Assembly: GCA_051362555.1 (NCBI GenBank)
Contig: CM120649.1
Span: 12,338,001 to 12,402,000, forward strand
Length of the DNA: 64,000 nt
DNA from: Lingula anatina
Taxonomy: Eukaryota > Animalia > Brachiopoda
Reading direction: 5' to 3'
In this document: positions 12,068-25,198 of the stretch, piece by piece
Position numbering within the stretch: the first letter of the stretch is position 1
How the letters are laid out: the number at the start of each line of letters is the position of its first letter
The notes under the pieces: generated by a model
Told to the model about the DNA's origin: nothing
Seen by the model: the letters and a program-made list of their open reading frames with translations, nothing else
The model's database searches: none
Position numbers and translations under genes: made by a program

Positions 12068-14371
12068 TTTGCTGTGAAGGGAAGATAGTTGCCAAGAAAA
12101 ATAAACAACGAGTGATGTGAAATATTTTGCTATTATTGTTCTTATAACCCCTGACATTTGGATGGGATCCACTTAATGTGAGAAAGTGACTCGGCAAATG
12201 GATCAAACCTTTACAGTTTGATTATATAATGCTTCATTCATATGTATGCTATGTAATTGTGGTGCTATCTATCTATTTATTTATTTATTTATTTATTGTA
12301 CTTAGATTTGAAGTACATGATCTGATGATAGTACTAGTACCTGATATGTGAAGGTTTTTATCAGTATTTCTGAAATCAAAAACTGATTAGTCCGTGTAAA
12401 AAAAAAACTCAATGATTGCTTCCCTATCTTATCAAATATGTTCAGCACACAACAGGTGTTCAGCCAGAATGAGTCTGGAAATTGATTTTGCAGTCATTAA
12501 AGTTTGCCAATACCAGGAAGTGGATTCATTTCTCCCACAGTAACCACTGCTATCATATTTGTTATGTTAAATGTTTCTATCTATAAGATTTCAAAAAAAT
12601 TCTTAATGTGAAACCTTTGCCTTTAAATGTACTTTCCATATTCACACAAATTGTTCTCACAGGTTCACACTTATTATTGCGTACATGCTATTTTTCAGTT
12701 GCATTTGTGGCTGCCAATAACAACACAACAACTGCTGCAACAACAAAAACAACACAAACAACAACAGTGAAAACAACCGTTGTGACTACATCAACTACCA
12801 ACAAAGGAACAACAGCAACCCAAGCCCCAACTACAAGCAATAGCACTAACAATTCAACAGCACAATCATCGACAACACAACCATCGACAACGGTGACAAT
12901 GACAGCACCGGTGACCACTACTGCCCAACCAGAGCGAAAAACATTTGTGATGAGCAATGGCACTGTTGACTGCATCATTCTACAAATGAATGCCCAGTTT
13001 ATCATCAAATATATGGATGACAAGGTGAGCATTTATAAAGCCAGAGAATTTTTTTTTTGTTATCAGCATTATTAATATAAACATGTATTAATATTGAAAT
13101 GTTGTTTTTCTTTACATTACGATATTGTTAGTATTAGGTTAATCACATCACTATTCATAATTGTGGTCATATAACTATTATTATGATCATATTGCATTAA
13201 ATATTATCAATTTAAACTACTTTCAATGATATTTATACTTAGATATATGTTGCTAGAAATAAGAGGAAATTGAACCTTGAATAAGCCTTCTAATTTCCTA
13301 AACTGCTTAAATTAATTTATTTTATGACTGATAAAAGTGACATTATAACTAATACGTGTATTGCCCAATCATTACTGGGTACAGCAATCTACTAATTAAA
13401 GAGAGTAGAGGGATTATATATAGTGAGCATAGTTCAATTAAACCACCAATAGAGATAGTCACTTCCAAGGAGGATCAGCCCATGTAAAATGTGAATAGCA
13501 TTTAGTTATAAATGGATAAAATTAAAAGGTTGGTGAGAATGTTAAAAAGAAGACTTATAGCAATGACTACTTAACAGAGATACATTGAAGGGGAGGTATA
13601 TACTGATCTAACTTCAATATAATGGAGCTTTCCCGAGTACAGTGGTAATAGGGCCTCCCCAGCCAATAATGATATTGATTTAACAAATATTCCAATGCTA
13701 ACACCTTGATTTTGTTCCCGTCAGTTTGGTGTTACATGGAACTGTTTTCAGCACGCCTAAGTGTGTCTTAACATTCCTGCCAGCAATTCTGATTTATAGA
13801 ATACCACACGTCCATTTTAATCATATTTGAAAACTTTTTAAAAGGTTGGTCAGTAACTGGACAAATGTGCAGTTTATTACTGGTCCAGCATCAGTTGTAC
13901 TATGGGAAACATCATAGTACTGATCATCTTTACAAATACAATGTTCTGTTGTTTGATATCTGTATATATGCAGCCACACTATCTAGTTTTTATGAATTGT
14001 TTCATTATGGTTTCAGAACAAGACGCAAGAGGCTAAATTTAGCCTGCCCCAAAATAGCAGTGCAGCAGTTGAAGGAGATTGTTCGAAGGCTTTGGAGACA
14101 ATTACAATAATGATGTATGATAATGGTGTCAATATGACCATGAGATTCACTAATGATGGCACCAATGTGGCATTGGCGAATGCCACTGTGGATTACAACA
14201 CCAAGGATGAAACCCTGTTCCCTAATGGAATAGGTATGGTTATTTAATTTTTATTTTATATAGTAATCGTTACTCAATATTTTATTTTTATAATTGATTG
14301 ATTTATTTTCTTTTTTTTCTTAATTGATTTATTTTCTTTGTAACAATAATTAATTGGTCATAAAGTAATTG

Positions 14372-14462
<91 letters not shown>

Positions 14463-15342
14463 ACTTTTATTATTATTTATTTATTTTTTTTGGTTTTTAT
14501 TTTCTTATTTAAAAATGTATTCTCTGTGTTAATGTATTCTCAGTAAATATATATATGTAATAGTTGCCAAGTTTTCATTTTCAGTAATCATTATTATAAT
14601 GCTTTTTCAGATGTGAAGAATTCTTCAAACGGACATTTTGATAATGTACAAGCACCGGTTAACAACTATTACAGATGCAACTCTGAAATTAAGCCCACAT
14701 TTGATGATAAAGTATCTGTCAGTATTACTAACTTGAAAGTGACAGCCTTCAACCAGAACAACAAAACTGGTGATTTTGGTGGGGGAAAAGGTTAGTTTTT
14801 TCCCTTGTTGCTTAACAGGTTGATAGTTTAAGTGTCATTTTTTTTATCAAAACCTGTTTAAATTTGTGTACAGTTTACTATAATTCCCTTGGCCAGTGGC
14901 ATTTAATCACCTTAAATTCACGTCAGAACATAACAACCAGCTGTCAGCACTACATGTATAGTCAAATGGCATATTTACCAAGTTAGTCAACCCCTTTCAA
15001 CTTTACAGTCATATGTGCAGGATATGTTTAAAGCTCCTTTATATTTCTTTCAGAATAATAACCATGTGAAGTAGTATAAGTGCACCGTCCAACTTCAGTC
15101 AGTTTCACTTTTCTGGGGTCTGTAAAGCCTTACCTTGACCTCAGATTAAGTGACTGATTTTATATTCTTCTTCATAGTATTATATTTTGTCATTTTCAGA
15201 AACTGTATGTTTAGCAGATACACAAACAGACAACATCGTACCCATTGCTGTAGGTGCTGCGTTGGCAGGACTGGTTGTGATTGTTCTCATTGCTTACCTC
15301 ATCGGCAGGCGAACCAATAGACAGGGATACCAGTCCGTGTGA
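8483..15342 (+). CDS. LAMP1: Lysosome-associated membrane glycoprotein (LAMP family: mucin-like N-terminus plus a single LAMP domain); exons 8483-8528, 12699-13024, 14017-14233, 14611-14790, 15200-15342
   Basis: Signal peptide [21 protein letters not shown], Thr-rich region, LAMP domain with four Cys (DCIILQM, EGDCS, YYRCNS, TVCLAD) and many NxS/T sites. [27 protein letters not shown]; tail [11 protein letters not shown] (GYXXphi). Phases are consistent. Candidate AATAAA at 18221. Confidence 0.95.
9688..9777. repeat. 22-bp perfect inverted repeat around an (AT)n tract
   Basis: ACATTCATATAAGTGGAAATCA (9688-9709) ... TGATTTCCACTTATATGAATGT (9756-9777). Confidence 0.8.
10955..11932. mobile_element. 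Non-autonomous PIF/Harbinger-type transposon in LAMP intron 1
   Basis: ~34-bp TIR GGCCACACTTTTTT..TTTTATGGATGACATCCT at both ends; TSD TTA (10952-10954, 11933-11935). Confidence 0.85.
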
Positions 15343-18300
15343 GGAGAACTGTTATCATAGGATCCTATTTATAGTAACATGGCTCAAGAAGTAGGTCGTG
15401 ATGACCTATTTGTTTCTTTTTCATTAATTGGTGATAGCAAGCTAAAATGATAACAGGTTGTAATGACTTTGGATTTTACTCTTCCGTTCCTATATAATTG
15501 GTAACATTTTAGTAGGTCAATATGACCTTTTTTTTTCCTTAAATAGTTTTGATTTCAACAAAGATATACAGAAAAAACACTGAATTTTGAATAAGAAACA
15601 GCCAAAATGCAGAGTAAGAATGGCTATGTTGGATTTTGAAAGGGGCAAGTAGACTTGATATTGTGTAGATATAAGGGAAACTCATTAAAAAAATGTGCAC
15701 CATTTCCATAACTGATTATAAAGACAAACTGATAAAAAGAAGAAAAAATCTGCAGTTGGTGTTACTTTTGCAGATATTTCTTCTGTTTTTGATTTACTGC
15801 TATATCAACATTTTGGGCTCACAGTAGCTCACAATAGTTTCACTAGATATTAAAACAAGTTGCTAAAAAAAGGAACACATTTTCTTTTAATTTTTCTAGT
15901 TTGATGTTTTTTCACTCCAAATTCTGATTTGGCTGAATTTAGAGCTTATGCCAGGCTCTGTAACATCAGTCTTTTTTTTTTTTTTTTTATAGTTAATCGT
16001 TGAAGTTGACCACAACAGTGGTCTTTGTATCATTTCTGTTACTGTTGGAAGTTCACTTCTAGCTCCTCGACCTTTTCAAAAGGGGTGTTGTGAAAATGTT
16101 TGGGGCTACAAAGGACTTTCTCAAACACTATTTTAAAATTGGGGTATATTTGGGGTTTGTGGGGTGGGTAAATGATAAATAACATATTTGGGGTAGGGTA
16201 TTATAGATAGATATATATTGTTTTGGAATGAATGTGCAAGTTTTCATACAATCACAAAGTGAAAATGTGAACACAAATCTTTACTGTAAATGACTAAGAT
16301 ATTATTATTTTCAGTTATGTGTTTGTAATTAAAGGAGGAAAACAAATGGGGGAAAATGCTTGTATAAATGAAGTCATTTTGTGAAGAGAATACTTTATGT
16401 AAATACTTTAAAAATGTCTTTTCAATGTACAAATTCATCAGTTGCATTTTAAATGACACCACAGATCTCGAAAATCCAACCTCCCAGAAAAAAATCTATA
16501 CTTCAAGATATGTTTCTTACCAAGGCACAAAATAAGTATACTAGTAATGGTTCTAAAGAAAGAAGAAAAAACAAGATAATATTTCATTTAAGTTTGTAGC
16601 ATAAGTTATATTGGACAACAATGTAAACCAATATCTCTTTAAAATATGATTATATAGAAGACATACTGATGTAAAGAAGAGAGCATGGATGGTACAATTT
16701 CAGTCCCTGTTCACACCAGTTTTAACTTGAACCTGCTCGTATTTCATCAATGCCAGATTGTTTGTTATAGTTTTAAAGATACTGAAGTAATGTGTAGCTT
16801 CCTATAGTAGCCTTTACCTTTGTAGTCTCCAAATTTGGAGATTGGTTTAGACTGTATGGTTTCAACTTTAACTTGGTGTGAATGGGTTTCAGATTGTCAA
16901 GACTCAAAAATCAAATGTCATTAGTAAAATGTCATTGATAAAGGAGACCAGAATCCAAGTGCTTTGATATTTCTGAGTAAATTCAGAGCATTGGCAATAT
17001 ATTTTTGTGATGCATATTTTGTCAACACATAATATTAGGACATTCAAACAAAACTAGTGGGCATATTTAGAAATGAAAAGAAAATGAAGAAGCAGACCCG
17101 AATAAGGGGTGCAACTTTGGGCATGGGTGGGTGTTTAGTAAACGGAACTCGAGTGTAAGTTGTGATACAGTGTTAAGGCTGATGTAGAAACATCTTTATT
17201 TACTATGTTATATACTCAATTGGGCTTACTACTGTACATAATTTAGGTTGTCAGTATGGTAAGAATGTACGTTTTGATGCTTTTGCATGGTTGCTGCTTA
17301 TTCAGTAAGGTTGTCTTGAAGAGCTTCTGCAGCTTTATGTCCTCCATATGGCCCAGGCTTCTTGAATTTTGATTTATTGATCACAGGAATGGATTGTTTC
17401 AAGAGGATTATTTGGAATGTAAAATATAAGGACACCATAAAAGGTAACAAATGAAGAAAAAAGAAATGCTGATGATAAATTCTCCCTCATTGTCAAGGCA
17501 CTGTTGTCTAGAAACCATGCTTTGGCAATGGATAAACTGAAGACTGTGCCTTAACTCGTCTAGGAGAAAATCCCCCTGTTAGCTATTGTCATATCATTGT
17601 AATTGCCACTCTCTAATGCCAATATTTTTATTAGATGTATTGTAAGATTAATTTTAAGTACTACATTTGTCATAAATCTTTCTTTTTCTGTTGTTCTTGG
17701 TTATATATAATTACAGTCATTGTTTATGTTATCCTGCCTGTAACTTTTTCTGACAAATGTTTGTTTGTTGTTTTGTGTTTTTTTTTCTTTTTCTTGTCTA
17801 ATTTTTTCTCTTAAATCTAGATAAAGACCCCCCAAAAAATAGTAAACCATCAGTAGTTGTGAAACTCCCCGTTTAAATCTGTACACTTAGTTTGCATTCA
17901 ACATGAGACAACAATTTCTTATATTAATATTTGTTGGGTAAACCACAAAATAATAAAGTAGTCTTTTCGAGTAATGATAAACATACATATCTGTAAAGTA
18001 GTCATATTGAATAATGATACTAAGATATCTGTTTTGGGAGGAAAATACCAAAAATACAGGTGAAAATAAAGTAAAAGGTGTTCAAATTTGAAAGAAGCAA
18101 AATGATCCGATTTCCATTCCATGGTTTAGAAGGAAGATGCGACATTTTTAACTGCTTACCTGCTACACTGTTAATTGTTTGCTTGCTATGAAAGCATTAA
18201 GTGTAATTTCTTTTTTCTAGAATAAACATGAATTTTTATAAGTGATTTTTCAAGTAACTCTTGTTTGCGCAACTGATCTTGAAGGTAACCATATTATGTT

Positions 18301-20053
18301 GGATAAAGGTGCCTTTATTTGGACAAAGTTAATAGAATTATTTTATTATTTCTACCCACACCTGGGCACCAGCTCAGCAGCAGGACACCTTATTAAATAG
18401 TAGCAGTGCAGTATCCCCACCCTCTACACAATTATACTACCCCTCCACACAGACACGAACACACCTGTCTTTAATCTTCTTTGCAAGTTTCACCACTGTG
18501 TCCCTCTGACTGCCTAAGCTTGATAGAGAAATGTAACTGGCCCCAAGTGTCGAAACTCACTCTCTCCCCCCAACGCACGTGCGCTGGATCCCCGTTTGTT
18601 CTACATTTAAGACCCCCATATCTCCAATCACCTGATAGGGAGGAATATAAACACAAGTATGATAAGTATATATCAAGTTACCCAAGTCGTAGATGTATAT
18701 AAGTAATTCTGGCCATCACATGCAAAAACTGATATTTGGTAATTCCTCAATACATTAAAGTAACCACTTACTGGAAACAATGTATTGTTATTACCAAGAA
18801 AGTCAAAGTTGCTTCTAATTTGTCTGTTTCATATCTCAGCATTGCCAAAACTGATAAAGTACTTGACAATGTGCTATCCACAGTTTTCTCATGTACAGGG
18901 TAGTTGTCAGTACCAGTAACATCTTGATAATGGTTTGTCCAAAGTTCTTAAAAATGAGTTTCTAGTAGACTTTGGATATTCTTATACCAAAAAAAAAAAA
19001 AAAAAGCCTTCATATTTTATTCAAGATTTTTTTCTTCAATTTGTTAAGAAAAATGCAATTTTGTCTAACTCTTGATTGTTTGAACCTATATGCTAGACCT
19101 GTTTCTGCATATTTTGATAAGGCATTTTGAACCAATTATAATCCGGTAAATTCATTCTTACCAAATTATATTTCATTCAGACCACCATGTCTTTCTGACA
19201 TGTCAGAAAGGTATATTGACTTGAGGAGCTTTTAACTACCCAAAGTCCAGTTTAAGCAGAGCTAAAAGATCAATAATTTATAAATTAACATGTTCTTGAT
19301 CAAAACGTTTTATATGTTACCCACTTGACTTGAAGACCAGACTTAACAATGTATAAAATATTTCATTTGTGTTTAAATATTTGGTGAGAGTGGCCAGCAT
19401 TACTTTCATTTTGGCAAAAATGTTGGATTAAAGGCTGGAAGATGTCACAGCAATGGTGACAGTTTGATGCACACACAACCTATCTTAACACCAGTTAATC
19501 AGTAACTTTGGAGAGCAACAAGCAAAATGAATATTAATGTCATCCACTAAAGAACAATCAACCGAATCTACCTTTTCTAGCCATGTCACATATGAGAACA
19601 TGAGATGGGGGCAAAAGCTGAAAAATCTTTTCAGCTTATTTTTCTAGATTATTTATGAACAATTCTGCATATTTGTATTAGGACACTTATACTGACGTCA
19701 AATTGATCCTCACAGATTTTAGTCAATCATTCAACAGTATAAATATCCTAAGTTTTATATACAGAAATTAAGTCCCACTTCTTGACCTCAGCTTGTCTTG
19801 TGCATTGACACCACGTGCGGTACAGTGGATGCAATTTATTTCCCTTTTAATGAAAACCTTGTTTCTTCCTCTTTTGGAACGCAAGTATATATTTTAAAAA
19901 GTAAAGGGCAGTAAGAACCTGATCGGCTGTCCATTTAGGTAAGTGTCGAAGTATCAGATTGATTTAGTCGAAATAATCATTCTAAATGTGACGTAATTGG
20001 TATTTTCTCGCAAAAAGCCGTAAATCATTCATCGGCTGTTATGTGTTGTGGAA

Positions 20054-20212
20054 GGCGGCGTCTCGATAGTCCGAAGTTTCACTGGTCCGAAGGTTCATTA
20101 GTCTGAAAAATCGTGACATTTTCATCAGTTTTTAAATCAAGGGTTTGGTGGTCCGAAGGTTCTTTAGTGAATATTCGGGCCAATGAACCTTCGGACTATA
20201 GCTGCGGGCCCC
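20054..20212. mobile_element. MITE with 8-bp TSD in the presumed 5'UTR intron of WDR53
   Basis: TTGTGGAA on both flanks (20046-20053, 20213-20220). GG...CC termini; repeated GTCCGAAGGTTC units, inverted at the right end. Confidence 0.65.
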
Positions 20213-20310
20213 TTGTGGAACGCCGAGATTAAGGTTATTGACAAGTTTTATTTGTTATATTGTCAATTTGTCAATAGAATCATAGGATATTATCATTAAA
20301 TTTTCAGAGG

Positions 20311-21354
20311 ATGTCCAGCTCTCTCTCACGGCAGTCTCTGATACATCTAAGTGGCCACAATGAAACTGTCCTCTGTCTTGACGTCCATCCCGATGGTCAG
20401 CTCGTCTCTGGAGCAGAGCAGGGAGAGATCATTGTTTGGAACACTGAGGGGAAGGCAGTGACCAAGATATGCTCCCCCAATCAAGAAGAAGACGTGGCAT
20501 CGGTCTGTAGTTCGAAGTCAAATCAAAACATGGTATATTCTGCCGTGGGGCAGGGAGTATTCATTTATGACTTGAGGTCAGGGACGTCACCTGTTCACCA
20601 GTTTGAGATCAATGAGGATGAAGTAAACCAGGTCACGGTGAACGAACAGGGAACTTTTTTAGCTGCCTGTGATGATGCCAACACAATAAAGGTAATAAAT
20701 TTACAAGAGAGGAAAGTTTATAAGACTCTATGCAAGCACTCCAATATCTGCTCCTCTGTTTGTTTTCGGCCTCAGAGACCATGGGAATTGCTAAGTGGTG
20801 GATTTGACTGTAATCTCATCCACTGGGATTTCTCCAGAGGACGGGCAATCAAGAAGATTAACATGCAGGAAATTGGGGATGAAAAGGAGAATGCCACGGA
20901 ATACTTCATCAACCCTCCCTTCATACATTCAATTGCTTTAACACCAGATGGGAGTCACACAGCATGTGGACTCGAAAATGGCAAAATACAGATTATGACT
21001 AGCAGTAAAAAGCAGCTAGAGGTGGGGCAAACTTTATATGGACACACCCAGGGAGTATCTTCAGTGTATTTCACACCCCAGGGATCTGGGAAGGCCGACC
21101 CCCAGGGGGATGGTGGCCACGCCCCTAAGCTCATCTCTGGTGGCAATGACTGCCAGATACGGATATGGACTCTTTTGGATCAGCAAGAAGATGGCAATCC
21201 GGAGTGGGTTATTGCTGATTCTGAAAAACATGTTATTCAGCATACTTCAAAAATAAACTGTGTTTGCTCCTGGGGAAGTGACAATAGCAAAATACTGGTC
21301 GCAGATCAGACTAATCAGATTTCCATGTATTCTGTGACGGGATGTACTGATTGA
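20311..21354 (+). CDS. WDR53: WD repeat-containing protein 53, single coding exon, 347 aa
   Basis: GH...VLCL, SGAEQG, NEDEVNQV, KHSNICSSVCFRPQRP and NPPFIHSI match human WDR53 as I recall it (RHSNICSSVAFRPQRP, NPALAHSI). Likely 5'UTR intron 19939 (GTAAGT) to 20307 (TTTTCAG). Confidence 0.92.
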   Translation: MSSSLSRQSLIHLSGHNETVLCLDVHPDGQLVSGAEQGEIIVWNTEGKAVTKICSPNQEEDVASVCSSKSNQNMVYSAVGQGVFIYDLRSGTSPVHQFEINEDEVNQVTVNEQGTFLAACDDANTIKVINLQERKVYKTLCKHSNICSSVCFRPQRPWELLSGGFDCNLIHWDFSRGRAIKKINMQEIGDEKENATEYFINPPFIHSIALTPDGSHTACGLENGKIQIMTSSKKQLEVGQTLYGHTQGVSSVYFTPQGSGKADPQGDGGHAPKLISGGNDCQIRIWTLLDQQEDGNPEWVIADSEKHVIQHTSKINCVCSWGSDNSKILVADQTNQISMYSVTGCTD

Positions 21355-21565
21355 CGGCCGATTATTTATTAGGCAGACATTGTGGATGGTGCCGAGAATT
21401 GACCGTTACGTAATTTTAAGGTTACTAGTAGGAGTTTTCTAAAAAGAAAAGGATATTTTAGGTGTCTTAATTCCTTCAAGTTATTAGTCACATCATTGTA
21501 AAACTTTGAAAATAACACCTCTCTATTTTCAGATATGCCAACTACTAATGCCTTGAGCTCTCTTG

Positions 21566-21833
21566 GGCTTCATTCACATGCAATGTCTATTTTCTAAATT
21601 CTATTTTCTAATCGCGGTATGTCTTATGATCACGGTCTGTGCCCTGAATATCCCGCGGCGTAATTACTGGCAGCGCGAGCACAGCCGAGAATTAATTACA
21701 GCTTCGTATAAGTAACTGGCTCGCACTGCCAGTAATTATGCCGCGGGATATTCAGGGCACAGACCGTGATCATAAGACATACCGCGAATAGAAAATAGAA
21801 TTTAGAAAATAGACATTGCATGTGAATGAAGCC
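21566..21833. mobile_element. Fold-back MITE (PIF/Harbinger-type)
   Basis: ~115-bp near-perfect inverted arms GGCTTCATTCACATGCAATGTC...GCGAGC / GCTCGC...GAATGAAGCC around a ~38-bp loop; TSD TTG (21563-21565, 21834-21836). Confidence 0.9.
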
Positions 21834-22145
21834 TTGGTCTTTTCTTTTTCTTCCATTATTTGTTTACGACTGAACTTAGCAATGGGTTAATGATGGCTTT
21901 GTGAAACACCCCTCAAATATGGCTAAGTCTTCTAGTTAGTAAGATAGTACTGTCATTAGTTATTCTAACTAACAATGGCTTTGTGAAACGGGCCCATCTG
22001 ACCATTTCAGCTTTCAGAGATGCCATAAATTAATGTGCCCTTGTTAAAGCTCGTCCTTAGGCCCTTTGCCTTGTAATTACTTGGAAGCTTGATAATGAAA
22101 GAAACATTGAAGGTACCTGTTGGGCATCATGATTATTGGTAGCAC

Positions 22146-23889
22146 TCACAGTGTTCCATAGCCACCAGTTTCACTCATAGGATCTACATGCATTGCTGCG
22201 TTTTCTGAACGTTTGCTTTCTCTTGATTTTCTGTTCCTTACTTTGGCCTTCTCATTTCTTTTGGCTAATATTATCTTGTTCATCAAGGTAGCAGGAACAT
22301 ATCTAGAGTCTACATGTATATACTTTTTTTTTTTTTTTTTTTTTTTGAGGTCTAGAAATGACCTTTCTTTTTTCATATTTTATACAGAAGCTGATGGCCT
22401 CCTTGCACCAGAGCTAAACTTTGTCCTTGTGTATCAGTAGCCTTAGCTTTTCTCTTCAGGGTTTTCTTTATCCATTTGGGTCTGGTGAGGATTTTTATAA
22501 GGTCTTGCCAGGTTCCTTTTCTTTTTATTTATTTATTTATTTATTTATTTATTTGCTGCCTGGTTTCAAAGGTAAGATAAGTTACATATGAAATTAAAGG
22601 TTAGTTTCTTTGTGGTCTCATACTGCTTGCTCATCAACCACTCCTGAAGTCACTCTCTCAGTCAGGCTGGGGAGTCATTTGATCTGAATCATCCTAGTGA
22701 TGTCCAAAACTTTCTCAGCACTGCCACATGGCAATTTTAAGAGAGACTGATCAGCAGGAAGTGTGACATTGAGTGGGCATGGCATTTACCGGACTCCATC
22801 ATAATATTTTCTGTGGTTATATTGGTAAAAACTGCCTCCTCACAGCTTTTTACAGAGTGGTCAAATCTTACCAAAAGAATTAAATAAATAAAGTAGGATT
22901 CATTACCAAAATCTTGGGAACTGTCGGTATGGACACATGTTCCAAGTTAGGATGGACTCCAACTCTTGTCGATCTTCTCAGCTTGCTTCTTACAAAGGAG
23001 GCAGCGTTGGAAATCCTCCCCCTTGCCCGTCTCATAGCTGCGCTAAAAGCATCCCCTAATCCTGGAATGCACGACGTTTTTGACTTTGATATGAAAAGAT
23101 TTGTGTCGAAAGCAATAAAACACGTCCGTACACTACAGTACCTAGTTGTCTTATGACTGCTGATATTTCCATAGAAAGTGTAGGTCATGATGGGACTCTT
23201 TATGATGATATCACAGTGCATGTGTTTGGTTGGTCCTCTTGTTTTTTTATACACGGCACTTTCAAATTATAAACTTTGTAAAGCAAAAAATCAAAAAAAG
23301 AAAATGAAAGTAACCAGAACAGTGAAATCAAGTGAACCCAAACACAGTTTTAAAGAAGAGCCATGACATCAAATGAACCCAATGCAAGCCCTTTTTCTCG
23401 GATTCATATGCATTTCTGCAAGGATCTGTCTTTTAGTGACATTATTTTTTGTTTATATATTTATCTTATTGACTCTTACTCATACCAGAGATCAACCTCT
23501 TAAAAACTTACCTACTGATCCATAGATCTTCTTGTTGTGCTATTCATGTTCCTGAGTAATAAGTACTGAACAATATTTATTGTTGAAGTATGCCAGGTTG
23601 ATCCTTTTTTCTGTAGTCTCTTATTGTATTGTATTGCTTGGCAAACATATGCATTTGTGTCTTTATTCTAATTTTATACTCTAAAGGCAGAGAAACTGAT
23701 TATTTAACTCACAATATATTTTATTATGTCAAAAAATGAATTTGATAATAATAATAATCTATTCAGGTTATAATGTCATGTTTACATTGTTGGCTGTCTT
23801 ACCTACTTTAAATGCTACTGTCAGTTCACATGATATTTAAAAGAAAAGGGAAATAAATATATTATTAGATATGGTAGATACGGCTCTAT

Positions 23890-23956
<67 letters not shown>

Positions 23957-24890
23957 TTAGGAAGTGGGAGGGATGCTTTAAGCTTGTGTTGCTAATTCCA
24001 CCAGCGGAGACACGTGGCTGACGCTTATTATAGCTTACTTTTATCTTGTTATTTTATCTCTGTTAAAATCTAGCTCGCTACGGCACAGATACCGGCATGT
24101 GCTTTTTGGTTTTGTAGTATTGATAAAAACCATTCCCTTCCAAACGAAGTGACAATCCTTGGCGTCAGGAATCTTGGTTAGGAAAAGGGTAACAAATATG
24201 TGGTCTGCTTCACTATAAAACCGTCTGTCCTCTTTGGTAATCTAACTCTGAAAACAAGGACAAAAAGATCAAAACCTTATCTTATTGATATGTTCAACGT
24301 TGTTAATTTCAACATGAGAAATTAACGTAAAATTCAGATGTAATTAACGAAGTTTTATAAAGTCTATAGGTTTGTTGGTAAAGGCAAATACCGAATACCA
24401 TTCTAGGTCATAATAATGGAATTAGAAGCATCGCTTTTGGAGTGGGGTCGGCCATATTTAGTCCGCGGATCAGTTAGTACTCGGATCATCTGTTCTGAAT
24501 GGATCCAAAGAGAACCTTCCTGGCTTGCTTTGTAAACCATATCCCCACTGCAAGTAACGAAAAAATGATCTACGTCAAATGTGAAATTGATAGTGACTCG
24601 AAAGAGATTTGGTTGTAAATAAAGGTAAATGTCAATACATACAGTTGAAGGGGAGCATATTAATCCACTCATTTACGCATTACTTTGTATTCTTTACCTA
24701 CCGAGCGTTGTGCGAGCCACGTGAACCAATATTGAGAGAACATCGGATATTAATGAAACCGTTCTCCAAAAGTGAAGCAATCATAGCTAAATGAGGTTTG
24801 CATTTAAACATAAAAAAATGAGTTACTTTACCCTTCGTTCCACCACATTGTCAGTAAAGCTCGGAGCCAAGCGTAATTTTTTCTCTCCAT
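22146..24890 (-). other. Putative spliced orphan gene or decaying pseudogene; exons 24890-24832, 24547-24399, 23565-23516, 23258-~22146
   Basis: Three GT-AG introns join in phase into a 67-aa ORF (MERKNYAW...SIIMT*) followed by a 143-aa ORF (MYLLLRNMNSTT...NPTLFI*, stop at 22880). Stop-interrupted coding-like frames continue downstream. No recognisable homology. Confidence 0.4.
23893..23953. repeat. (AT)n microsatellite; others at ~12028, ~14399, (AAT)n ~46641-46688, (CT)n ~48408-48434, (TAAA)n ~63936-63980
   Basis: Read directly from the sequence. Confidence 0.95.
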
Positions 24891-24983
24891 CTTGATGAAC
24901 CGTGGGCATAGCCGACGAACCTGCAATCCATTATCTCGCGCCCCATGAATCTTCCACGTTATGAGAGACAAACAAGACCATAG

Positions 24984-25198
24984 GGCTCTATTCCCATAGA
25001 TATTAGATCGATCTATCCCCGCGGGGAGTCTCGCTAGATTACTTTCAGATAATCCGACTTAAATGTTCGTTCCGCCTACTACAAGCTGTAAGAGGGCAAT
25101 TAACTTTCGTGTCCGCCCGGCTGACAGCTATTTAGTGTGAACCCCCAGGGAGTTAGGTCGATCTAAAGTAGGTCGATCTAATCTATGGAAATGGAATG
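24984..25198 (+). mobile_element. 215-bp MITE family A, copy 1 (PIF/Harbinger-type)
   Basis: TIR-like GGCTCTATTCCCATAGAT...ATCTATGGAAATGGAATG; TSD TAG; homologous to 37995, 42320 and 47288. Confidence 0.85.

Noticed and set aside
12688-13032. Val-rich hydrophobic 114-aa ORF
   Set aside because: Antisense shadow of the Thr-rich LAMP exon 2.
18350-18700. GC-richer island after the LAMP 3'UTR, possible LTR or exon
   Set aside because: No TG..CA termini, TSD or splice-compatible frame could be established.
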